From: Nemertoderma westbladi
Taxonomy: Eukaryota; Animalia; Xenacoelomorpha
NCBI GenBank assembly: GCA_032718475.1
Contig: JAUCBJ010000877.1
Coordinates: 1-64,000, forward strand
Reading direction: 5' to 3'
DNA length: 64,000 nucleotides
The notes beneath the pieces are model-generated. The model ran no database searches. It saw only the letters and a program-made list of their open reading frames with translations, and was not told the origin of the DNA. Numbering within the stretch: the first letter of the stretch is position 1; each line of letters begins with the position of its first letter. Positions 49,432-61,154 of the stretch are shown one piece after another. The translations under genes were made by a program, and so were the position numbers.

Positions 49432-50282
49432 TCACCTCGACAGCTTTAATTGCCCTACTCGAATAAATGCACGGCCGGCCCCGAATAACGCGTTTATTAA
49501 CTTTTTTTCAGACGCCAGTGAATGCGGAACAAGCTTCCTCGATGTTTCTTTATAAAATGTTCTGCAATAGGTGCAAACGATATGTACAGTATCATCGAGA
49601 ACAGTTGATAATATAGATGATGGAAACTCCTTTATGTCTTTTATGGTGTCCCAGTTTATAAATGTTTCTACTTCCGGATCTAATGGGGAAAGTTGTGGCC
49701 TTGCACCTTGAGACAGTTTCAAACTCCTTAATTCTTTTAGTATTCTCCCCTCCATTGATAAGAGCTCTTGAGACACCGTAGTTGAAGTAGTAGAAGTAGA
49801 CATCGAGGTCGTTAGTGAGGAAACAGATACAGTTGATGGGTACTCTGCGCCTGCATCTGTGTCTGAGACTGTGTCTGGAAAATCAATTCGATCGGGTTGA
49901 TTGTCAGGTTCATCAAGGTCCACTAAGGATTGCGCAGGTGAATGAGCAATTACCGAGCTGCTTCTACTAGGTTCGACCTCGACGACAGGTTCTTGTTGGG
50001 TGGCAGTATCACCTGGTTGCCGACTTTTTATTTTCGCTATAAGTTCACAAGCTTCACCTTCTGAATGGCTAACCAGTGTACTTTTAGAGGAATGCAGTTC
50101 TTTATGTTGACGATCTTTATGTCTTTTATGGTCTCTCTGCCTTCCGATTGAACACATTTGCAAGGGCTTGGAACCCTGCACCGCAGCTCGCAGGCATTCT
50201 AAACAGTAGTATGCTTCAACTTTTGCCTTCTTTTTTGGTTGTAAAGGGGTGGTCGATTTTCTTTTAAATATTTCACCCCAAA
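49432..50282 (-). pseudogene. Zinc-finger/NLS-containing exon fragment, probably the N-terminus of a transposase
   Basis: The frame extends upstream of the track start as EIFKRKSTTPLQPKKKAKVEAYYCLECL...HKRHKDRQH. A second CxxC (CTYC) is present, and an acceptor-like TTTCTAG precedes 50282. The 3' end runs into TIR-like sequence. Confidence 0.5.
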
Positions 50283-53200
50283 CTAGAAATTTTAAAATAA
50301 AAAAAATTTATAAGTGGCCACTAAGTACTGTAAATGTAATTTAATTAATACGTAAATCAGTAATTTATTCGACACTTAGTTGAAACATTATTCTTTTCTA
50401 ATACGAACAAGGAGTATTATCAAAAGGATTCCATAAAAATTAATGACGCAGTCAGCCATACCAATGATGTTCCCATTTTGTTTTATAACAGTATTGGTGC
50501 AATTATGAAAAATAAAAATATATGATATATTAGTAGGTTGATTTATGGGATTCGGAATACAGGTTTGAGTTGAGATAGGTTCCCAGCCAAGCTATAGCCA
50601 GCCCCAGCATGCACATTTTTTAAAGCAAATCGATTAAACTAATTAAAAACGGAAGGTACTTAAAGAGCAACACGACCGAACACAGCCGAACATACTCCAA
50701 AAACTGACAAACAAAATCGGACAGTCGAAAAATAATAGAGTTATTAATGTTCAAAATTGGACACTACAGAAAAAAGAGCGACAGCACGACAGGTTCATTA
50801 ATGGGACCCATAAGCTAAGGCTCACCTTACTTCGTGGCTCGCCCCACATAACTTACGGTTGACAGTAGCGCTGGTCCCAGATTGCATTCGTGTTGGTTCT
50901 TGAGATTGTGATGCGCCCGCGATCCCGGGGACAGTTTCCCCACCGCTGGATGAAATTGATAACATATCATCCTGATCCGCTTCCATGGCACATTATATTC
51001 AATTGGTTAAAACCAGATACAAAAGCACCATAATTGCCTTATTGACAGCAATATGGGATGTTTATTGTTTAAAGCAATATGAGATATTTATAGTAAATGT
51101 AAAAACAATAAAATATCTAAACAATTTAGCAAAATGGGAACCGAGAGAAAGCCGCCCCAATATTAGATTATTACAACAACATATCCATTGGGTAAGAAAG
51201 TGGAGGAGAGCCAGCCCGTCTCTTATTTTTTACTTTATATTACGCGATCAATTTTCACTCATCTCGTCATGAACCCAACATGTATGTAACCTTTTGTTAA
51301 ATTTGTTGGCTATGCGTTTGCGGTTGTTTGGGCGGAGTGTGGTAGGCCTACACTTTTCACACTTAAATATTTTGGTTGTGAAATGTTACAGGGCATAGCG
51401 ATCTGAGATATTTCATTTATATTTTATTATGAGAGGAAGAAGACGTTATTTACTATATGTAACAAAATAATTGTTTTCGGGTTTAACTTGGAAGCCTCCC
51501 CAAATAGTTGATATACAATTATATTTAAAATTATTTCCATGGTCATGGTCATTCACCCGTCTTTAGTTAGAAATTTGTTTGCATGAAAGACAGTTTAGTT
51601 TAGTTTTTACTGATTTATTATCTCTTATCTGACTGGGGTAATAATAAAGGATAGGATAAATGGAAGCAAAGTGTGACAGTAACAAATATTTCCCCGTCAC
51701 CCTCGCATGTCTTAAGTATATGATATATCAAAGGGGGAAGTTTGGATTCACTGCATAAATGCAGTTCACCAAACTTCCACCGAATGCACACTGTAACTTC
51801 CCCCTTCCCACAAATATCCACTGTTGAATTAATTTGAAGCGATATAATAAGTACAAAATTGTGCGAGTTTTTAATTGTGTGGTCCAATTGTTATTTGATT
51901 TCTATTTATTATTTAAAGTGCATTTAATATCGCACTGGTTTTTAGAATATTATACTATACAACCTTATGTTTTATTCATTTACCCAATCGAAGCCTCATA
52001 AGGGCCGGTAATTTGTACGCATATCCCCTAATGCGCTCAGTAAGGTTCAAACAACATATTAATATGAAAATAAAGTACAGTATCTGCAAAGAAAAGAACC
52101 CAATACTATATAATTTGACCTTATTAAAAAATTTGCACTTTTGCACACTTATTTGTACAAATGCACTTTAGCAGATCGTTAATTTGATACTTTTTACAGG
52201 TACTTTTGGCGCAATACGCTAAATTATAATGGAATAGCGATTTGTTAAAAAAAAAAATTTTTCGTCCCTTTTTATAAATATTATATTTCACACGATCGCC
52301 TGCCGCTCCAGTTTTATAATACCTCCGGCGCTGTGATTAACGCTGTTAGATAGATAATTTAACGCACTATAAGTCTGTGTAAACAAATCTCCCGTAAATT
52401 AAGTAGTTTTCGAGCTAGACGATTTCCCGCGAAGCAAGTTTGAAGCGCGAAATTATAATTTTGGCCCTCATTTTTTTAATATCATCCTTGGAGCAAAACC
52501 GATAGCATATTTGAATTCCCCGTATGGATATTGACTGTATAGAATGTACCTTAACCAACTAAAGTTAAAAATAAAAAATTATTCGATAAAAACTACTTTA
52601 CAAATTCTGGCCCTTTTTGGCCCCTATTGCCGACATATTTTTTGTACCCCCATTCGATAGGAACGTAGCCCCAATGGTCTTCTACGAGTTTCATAAAAGA
52701 ATTAGTGGATTCCTACCCGCGTTGTCGAATTAAACATTTCGGAAATAAGTTTTCCAAAAAAGACGGACAAAAACGTACAAATTTACAGCCCCTTTTTCCA
52801 CCCGAAATTTTAATAAATATCTTACCCCCATTCGATACGAAGGTAGTACCGCTCTTCCCCTTTCCAACCGCGTTACTTTCGTCCCCGTACGATTAATATT
52901 AGCCGAGTTATAGCGGATCCCGTAAAATCATTTTGTCCGTTTTTTCAACTTTGACGGACATTTTCGGAAAAAAGGCATGGTAATCTTTTTTGAAAAAAAA
53001 ACGAATTTACTAATTAATCCCTACTTAATTAATCCCGGCTAAGCAATAACCTAGGGTTTTTTCGAGCCACTGTAGAGCGCCTTTCAAAAAAATTTTAAAA
53101 TTGTCGAAAAAATGACGGATTTTTGTCCGCCGTGTCCGTCGAAGGGTTAGATTTAATAATGTTAGAGTTGCTAATATCTTAGAATTCCGAGCCGCTCCCC

Positions 53201-54204
53201 TGGTGAGAAAATAAAAAAATTTGGTCAGTTCCTTCATCGAAAAGTCCCCCAGAATCCCAAGTTAACCTATATACAGTGGTTAGTGATGGCCTGCGTCTTT
53301 AGGAGCGGCCGCGGTATTCACCTCCCTCATAGCGGCCGCGGTGGTGTTGCGTCAAATGGATAAATATTTATCCCACCAAGTCATAGCTAAAGTTTAAGTA
53401 CAGTATAGCCCAATTATTAATACGATACTCCTGTACTCTAAATGTAAAACAATTTTCCAATAATGACTGGAAAACCCAATACCCGGACTGGGTTAAGGTG
53501 TGCTACAAGAAAAGGCCATAGCAACCAGCAAGTTGGATGGCAGTCTGTTAGAAAGACTGGGCAGCACTCTATCGCTATGGGAGGCCGGCAGGCCCACTGA
53601 GATATCACTGCTTAGGTAACTGAGCTGGTTACTGTAATAGACATACCCAGTAGGAAACCTGACTGGAACTATCCTGTGATTGGTTCTTAGAGGTACAGTA
53701 CATTGCCAAGACCTACAGTACAGTAGATGATGGTCGGATGAGCTTATTACCTATTAATTGCTGTATTGGAAGAAATATTCGGGAGCCATGTTACCTTTCA
53801 CAGCAATTAATAATGAAATTAATTATAAATTTATTATTTAACGGTATGATATGTATATATAGGTACAGCCAAATCAAAGAAAATTTCCAATCCTTCACCT
53901 GCCTCAACCACACGAAAAACTTATGGTGTAATATCACTAGATGGGGACGATGCCGCCCATGTGAAGAATACCAGGATTTCACTTTTCGGTCGACTTTTTT
54001 TCGGTTTTGACATAAGGCACTTATTTCTTCCGCACTTATTTCTTCCATGCTAAGAAATATCTAGGGTAGCCTATTGTTTATTATCATATGCAAGCCATTG
54101 CCATGTAATGTATTCATGTATGACATCGTCATATATTATAATTCTTGTATATAATTATGGTATTATAAACGTTCATGTAATAATTATCATAATAATATTA
54201 TATC

Positions 54205-54941
54205 CGTGCTTGCCAGCATGGGTAAGGTTATTTTATTATATGTGCTTGCCAGCACGGGCAAGGTTATTATACTGTATGTGGCAAGGTTATTATATGTGCT
54301 TGCCAGAACGGGCAAGGTTGTTATATGTGCTTGCCAGAACGGGCAATGTTATTATATGTGCTTGCCAGAACAGGCAAGGTTATTATATGTGCTTGCCAGC
54401 ACGGGCAAGGTTATTATATGTGGCAAGGTTATTATATGTGCTTGCCAGAACGGGCAAGGTTGTTATACATGTGCTTGCCAGAACGGGCAAGGTTATTATA
54501 TGTGCTTGCCAGAACAGGCAAGGTTATTATATGTGCTTGCCAGAACGGGCAAGGTTATTATATGTGCTTGCCAGAACGGGCAAGGTTATTATATGTGCTT
54601 GCCAGAACGGGCGAGGTTGTTATATATATGTGCTTGCCAGAACGGGCAAGGTTATTATATGTGCTTGCCAGAACGGGCAAGGTTATTATATGTGCTTGCC
54701 AGAACGGGCAAGGTTATTATATGTGCTTGCCAGAACGGGCAAGGTTATTATATGTGCTTGCCAGAACGGGCAAGGTTATTACATATATGTGCTTGCCAGA
54801 ACGGGCAAGGTTATTATATGTGCTTGCCAGAACGGGCAAGGTTATTATATGTGCTTGCCAGAACGGGCAAGGTTATTATATGTGCTTGCCAGAACGGGCG
54901 AGGTTATTATATGTGCTTGCCAGAACGGGCGAGGTTATTAT
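54205..54941. repeat. 31-bp minisatellite (~24 units) with an internal hairpin
   Basis: Unit TTATTATATGTGCTTGCCAGAACGGGCAAGG, period 31 (54661/54692); stem CTTGCC/GGCAAG. Confidence 0.95.
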
Positions 54942-55037
54942 ACGTATTGAGTTGAGATCCGGATTAAGTTCAGAATGGAGATGGGTAAATTAGAACGGGG
55001 GAGCGAGGGGCGGGTGTAGTGAAATCTTCCGTTAGGT

Positions 55038-56135
55038 GGGGGGGGGGGGGGGGGGGGGGTTGGGGGGGGGGGGGGGGGGGTGTTTACAGGGGTCTACATA
55101 AGGGTACTCGTGATTAATATAAAAATATACTTTTTGTTATCATATCCATATTTTTAAATCAGCTATATATCAAATATAACAGTATAACACAGCAATAATG
55201 ATAATGTAAAGGTATAATACAGTAGTACATTCAGAAGGTCATATGTATAAAGTAAGAGTATATACAGTATACATATGTATTTATAAAATAATATGAAACC
55301 GTATTGTACTGCACAAAATGTATTGTAATGCCCTGTGTAGTCATAAACGAAATTATAAAGGAAAGAAAGTCACATTATCAACTAATTATTAATTTTATAA
55401 TAAAGGTAACAATTTATTACAAATAATGATGAACTGACATTTGTAACATACTGTAGGTTTATCATTCCTATAATTATTTCCATGTTTTCTTATAATATTT
55501 TTACTGGTTTAAAATATTTTTTTTCGACTACTGGTAGCACTTCAGACTGACGGCAGGGTTTATTTTGTATCACTGGTTGACAGGCGCTTTTGCTTCCTAA
55601 GTAATTTCCGCGCCGTGCGCCGACATCGGCGCGTTTCATGATATTCCAGCATACAAATCGAGTCCTTAATATTAAGTTGCAATGTACAGTTCTGATCTTT
55701 GTATCTTTTATTTCCACTCTATCGTCAGTACCTAAAGTACAAGTGCGATGGTACGTTCGTTTAAAACCAAAAATATAGTTTCATTACAAGAACCGTCACT
55801 GTAACCTGGGGGAGCAAGGGGAGGCGTGGGGGGGGGGGGGGGGGGGGTAGGGTCTTCAAAGATCTACTAAAAGGTACTCCGTGTTGGTAAAAAAAACATA
55901 CTTTTTGTTATCATATCCATATTTATTAAATCAGTTGATACTGATAGACAAATAACATACCAATAATAATAATGTAAATGTACAATATACCGAAATACAG
56001 TAGTAGCAGTAGGCCCTATTATATCTATATAGTTACTAACTACTGTACATTTACTGTATATTATATGAAACAGTCTGACAGTAGGCCTGTTGCTGTATTG
56101 CTATATTGCAGTATTGTACTGCACAAAATGTATTA
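55038..56135. repeat. Diverged ~300-bp direct duplication (~55038-55330 and ~55828-56135), each copy starting at a G run
   Basis: Shared ATACTTTTTGTTATCATATCCATATTT and GTATTGTACTGCACAAAATGTATT. Confidence 0.7.
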
Positions 56136-56171
56136 ATATGCATATTTATCTGTAATTTTCGCACTGCGTAT

Positions 56172-56320
56172 TGCGCGCCGACCAACGCGTTTCTTGATTT
56201 TCGAGAGCGCCACGCGCCGACCTCGGCGCGTTTCTTGATTTTCGAGCGCGCCACGCGCCGACCTCGGCGCGTTTCCTCATTTTCGAGCGCGCCACGCGCC
56301 GCTCTGGCGCGTTTTGATTT
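56172..56320. repeat. 41-bp CpG-rich tandem repeat (~3.5 copies), probably a transposon subterminal region
   Basis: GCGTTTCTTGATTTTCGAGCGCGCCACGCGCCGACCTCGGC, period 41 (56190/56231). Confidence 0.8.
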
Positions 56321-57483
56321 AAAAGAGCGCCGGATTAATCTGGCGCAAACCGTATGAATTCCAGTCTGGCTTGGGACCTCAACGCGAGATTCAGAACACC
56401 ATCCAAAACATATTCGCATAAAATCTTATCACTAATTGTCAAGGCCTAGGTAAGTTTTCAGCGTTTGAATATTATAGCCAATCAGGTGCCAGATACAGTG
56501 ACCACGGTAGGCGTGTGACCTGGGACCCCAATGGAAGGTTCAGAGTACTGGCCAAAACATTTTCGCATCAAATTGTACCGTAAAATGTTACTGCATATCA
56601 GCAAAGTCACCTACCGGTATTTGATCAGCAAAAGATCAGGTCTGACTGTGTGATTTGGGTCTGATCATATTTTCCTTTGCATACATAAGAAGCCCTTCAA
56701 TGGTCACTATCCGCTACATTGATCTAATCCATATCGTCAGATAGCCCGTGTTGCTGTTATAAGATTTATTTTGATTTGGTGCGATTTGGGTAATTTTAGT
56801 TTTTTTGGGGTAAACTATGGTATTAATAACTTCCAGTAAAATCTCAACGTTAAGAACATTGCTAGAAACGTCAATCATCTATAGCCTACAAACTAAGGGT
56901 AACTGTCAGCCAGTTACTGTACATGGGCAGATGGGTATATGTTCGCACTTTCAGACCTTTAGCAGTTTAACCTGCCAAATTTAGGTGTCTTCTAGGTTAT
57001 AAATCGACTTTAGCCTATGACGAGTATTTGATACACTACATTAGCCGAAGCCAGCCTATGCGCGACCATTCACCCGCTGGATATACCCGGGAGACTGGAT
57101 TCGGGAGCTCTGACCTTATTGCGATGTAGGCCTACTGTATTATTCGATTGATCGTTAATATATAATCTCTGACCAATATTATTCACTTTCGGGAAATATT
57201 AACAGTTCCTTTAGGACGTGGCGCTCTAAATATGTAAACAGAGTTATGACTTACACTAAACACAATGGGATGGCTATTGATTCACGTATAAAGCGCATTC
57301 TTTAGGAGATGCTTTGTTATCTATCACACTCATGCACAATACCGCACAATGCTGCACACCAATCTGCCGACCTTCACTAATTTTAATCACATATAAAGAG
57401 AACAGCAACCGACACATGTAGTGCCTATGAAATAGCATTAGATTCACTCCAAAACCAATATAATGTAAGTCGCAATTTCTATA

Positions 57484-58082
57484 TGTAACCGGTCTCTCTA
57501 ATCTTCAGTATATCAAGAAGATTGGGGTTTTCTGATTATTTATCGATATTATCCAAATATAACAATATTCCATCAACTGATATAATTAATAAACGACAGT
57601 AAATAGCAGTAAAATAATGCGGTGTTTGTATGTGACCAGGTTTGTTATGAGTTCGTTAGATAGAATAACAGTTATACGTTTCTATGATCAAAGCCGATCT
57701 AATGTTTGGCTAAAGTCTGAAACATAGAATAATTCCACAGCCAGCCGGTGTTCTAGGCTTAGGAAAAACACACACTGACTGAATTGCGTGAGTTTCTGTA
57801 TACAATGTCCAACACAGAGTGAAAACCGCTCTGATTGGTCGACAGAACAAAGAACGAACAAAGAACAAAGAAAAAGTTACACGTGGACACAGCTGATAGA
57901 TGTCGTCATCTGAGTTCCGATGTTTAGAGTATTTGAGCTTATTGCAGAGAAAAATGGCTTTTTATGTCCGCTAAAGCACACATGCAGACATAGCGGGCAA
58001 AATCGCTTGTTATGTCCGCTAAAATACCTACTCGGTATATTGCGGAGAAAAATAGCTTGTTACATCCGCAAAAGCTTTTACA
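57484..58082 (-). mobile_element. Candidate 3' LTR (599 bp)
   Basis: On the minus strand it begins TGTAA directly after the purine-rich TGGGAGCGG (PPT-like) and ends GGTTACA. No partner LTR lies in the window. Confidence 0.55.
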
Positions 58083-58160
58083 CCGCTCCCAGAAAATGGG
58101 ATTTGAGTCTATAAAATATACAAAATCACAGTTTCTAAAATATAAAAATACTCTAAACAG

Positions 58161-59519
58161 TTAGTCTTTCTTGCGCGGACGGCGTTTACGCAGTTTTTTG
58201 AGGCTAGCAAGAGTCCTTTTCTCTTTGGGGCGAGCCACTTTACTAGGAGGGCTATAACTCCTGGGTAAAGGGTGCAATACAATTGCATCGGAAGGTTTAG
58301 GGTTACGGTCGATGTCTCGTCCATTTCGATATGCTTCTCCTCGAGCTGATTTTCCTCCGCTTATCGTTGGATGCGTTCGTCCAAAAACTCTTGCAGAGAA
58401 TAGGGTCGTCCAAGTTCGATATCTTCTTAGAGATTCTGGATTTCCTGATCGAACTGAGATAAAGCTAATTCGTTTACCGCTTGGACTTGCTGCTGCAATT
58501 TACGTTTCTCTAAACAATTATAGGTTCCTTTTCCCATCTTTTGACGAATAGTGTCCAACACGTTTCATACAACTCTCTCCTCCGCCTTGGTGACAGGTTG
58601 TATCGGGTTAAACCGGGACGATGATACGTTTGAATGACGATATTAGATGTCCGTGTCCCAATCTGGCTAGGTAAGATGGGCGAATATTTAGGGAGCCCAC
58701 AACCGGAGTGCCACCGACTAACTGTTCGGGTAACACTAGATCTTTGAACAGTGAGTACAGTTCGGGAGGATCCGTGATATTATTAGGATCAAGAGTCTGA
58801 AGTCTAACTAGGGAATGAGGAGGTCTGACCGAGTATTCCGGAACTCTGATCATAGGTTTATTTAAGGATCGTTTGAATCGAATGAGCGTAGGTGATACAT
58901 CAAACAAGTTTCGCTCGAAACTCCCATAAATATAGCGAGTAAACCGTGTTTAAAGCAACGTCTCCACGGATGTTTATATCTTTCCGTTTGTTGGTTGGGT
59001 CTTGGGCATTCATCGCAATAATACCAAAGACGCACGTCTTGTAGGGGAAACGCGGGTGATATTTATTCGGTTTTACAATGTTTCTCTCAAGAATTCCAAA
59101 TATATGTTGGAGTTACCGCGTTTATCCGGTTCTTTAACGTCTTCTCTTTCGAGTCGATTTCGAATAGAATTTTCGCATTCGATTTTCAGTTTATCGTTCC
59201 GACTCCGCTGGGTAGGATATTTAAGTAGTACCATTTCCCTTTCGGTGTCGACATCGTCCGTATCGTGTAAATCGATAGGATGACCAGTAGTTAAGAAGTC
59301 CATATGCGTACCATTACGATGCGTATAGCGAGCAGTGAATTTTCGATAGTACAATTCACGCGTCTGTTGCTCCTGGGACATCGCCGGTTCGATATAACGA
59401 CCATCGTCCTCCGTAGTAGTTGGACTAGCGTCGCTGCGTATCAATCTATCAACAAACGCTTGCAACGGTAGAGTATATTTCTCCCTGATACCAAGATCAT
59501 CTTCTATCAACTCAGTCAT
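58161..59519 (-). pseudogene. Decayed ~450-codon ORF of unknown function with a coiled-coil-like segment and a basic C-terminus
   Basis: Track ORFs 59073-59519 and 58608-58907 share one frame. After an inferred frameshift it reads KRKLQQQVQAVNELALSQFDQEIQNL*EDIELGRPYSLQEFLDERIQR*AEENQLEEKH; after another it ends KEKRTLASLKKLRKRRPRKKD*. Confidence 0.55.
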
Positions 59520-60337
59520 AGCTGCTATATGAGTTTATCAATATTATAATTAGTTATAATTAGGCTAGCGGGCGTCGCTGCCTACCCCTCTCGGCCCCCG
59601 GACAGTGCAAGATCCTCAGCGCTGGTGTACTTTAGCCGATGTGCCTATCGCCAACGTAGTAGCTGCACAACGACCACAACAACCAGCGCGAGTCACTCCA
59701 CCGTCCGCGTCCATCCCAAAGGCTTAGATTTACTTCAGGCTCTTACTGGAGAGTTAGGGCTACTTTCACAATTGCGACTCGCTACTGTAAACACACTTTA
59801 GTAGTAACATTCACCTATAAACACACAAATTCCACACAACTGTCACAAACCGCACACATTCGGGCCATTTGTTCAAGTGCCTTCCAGAATGCCACGTTAT
59901 TATTGGGTATCCTGAGATACTAGCAGTATGCTATTTATTCCTTATGCTATTCAATGGGGCAAGCCTTTATTGTTCTTTTAACTCACTTCTAATTCTAGCG
60001 TGGTTGTTGCCATGGTGACATTATGGAAAGCTAGCAGTAGAATTAGGGTAATTCTCATGCATACAGATCTGGGATGCTATTTAATAGTAATTCTTTAATT
60101 GTCAATATTCCTCTTTATACATGATTTTATGAATTTTATCGGCTATTGACTATATATTGGAGATTCTCGCACACTAATATACTTAATAGGGTGAATCTCC
60201 GCTTCCATGATTTATTAATTTATGGAATTTTGGGAATGTTATAAATTGTATAAAAATGACAATTTATCAAATTCATTAAAAGATGAATTTAAATTTATTC
60301 CCGTAAATTTTATTATTTAATATTAAATAGACACAAT

Positions 60338-60630
60338 TTTATTCCAGAACATGTCTGGGGACTGGGATCCTTGATTCTAGGAAATTGGTCTTTTTAAGAA
60401 TATTGGTAAGTGCTAAGATATCTTAATAGACTAGAATTTTAAAGGATCTAAAATTTGACAGATTTTATAAATATTAATAGTTAATATTTAGGATGGGCAC
60501 CAGTTTATTCCAGAACTTGGCTGGGGACGTTAACCACTGATTCTAGAATTTTGTCTTTCAAGTATATCGGTGGGTGCCGCGATATCTTAATCGACTAGAA
60601 TTACAGATGGTCAAAGGGTTTAACAGATTT
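60338..60630. repeat. Diverged direct repeat, period 166 bp
   Basis: TTTATTCCAGAAC...GATTCTAG...GATATCTTAAT.GACTAGAATT at 60338 and 60504. Confidence 0.8.
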
Positions 60631-60720
60631 ATTTTGCGTTTTACGCTACTGTTAAAGGGACATCACGCTACTATATGTATTATTTAATATACGGTATGAG
60701 AGCAATATCGCAAGAAGCAA

Positions 60721-61136
60721 TGTCAGTGAGAAGAGGCAAGTCGTTTCCAAGGTCTACCCAGAGCTTGGTTTAGCCGAGACACAAGGATCTGAACTTTGCA
60801 TTCCTAATACTCTACTTACCAATAATACTTGAATATAGTAGGAGCTTTATTGTACTTTAATAAGTACGGATATTTCATCTTACTGTAGTCACGTATTTAT
60901 AATATAATACGGACAGTAAGGAAAGAGAAAAAGAATTATTTCTCGCCGTCGCACTAAATATATAATATATAAGTAATCAAGTAATAAATGCGAATATATA
61001 TGGCACTAATCTACTAAATAATCGCTAAAATAACCTTCTACTAAATAAAATTCAAGAAAACGATTATAATAAAATACATAATAATACATACATAAGTATA
61101 AAATAATAAAAGCAAATATAAAATAATATAGTCACA
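60721..61136 (-). mobile_element. Alternative candidate 3' LTR of the BEL element (416 bp)
   Basis: On the minus strand, TGTGAC follows GGAGTGGGTG ~20 bp after the pol stop. It contains TATAAATA (~60895-60901) and AATAAA (60846-60851) and ends CTGACA. Confidence 0.45.
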
Positions 61137-61154
61137 CACCCACTCCAGACGCTG

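Noticed and set aside
54108-54993. Three overlapping 220-280-aa Cys/Tyr-rich ORFs, or a CRISPR-like hairpin array
   Set aside because: A 31-bp unit cycles through all three frames, and there are no unique spacers.
4629-55847. Recurrent G/C homopolymer runs as a G-quadruplex system
   Set aside because: They lie in transposon-derived sequence with no consistent arrangement, and their lengths are unreliable in assemblies.
58161-59519. Alternative genetic code (TAA = Gln)
   Set aside because: The Gln-rich 3000-codon SEC16 ORF and pol contain no in-frame TAA, and this ORF also has TGA stops and frameshifts.
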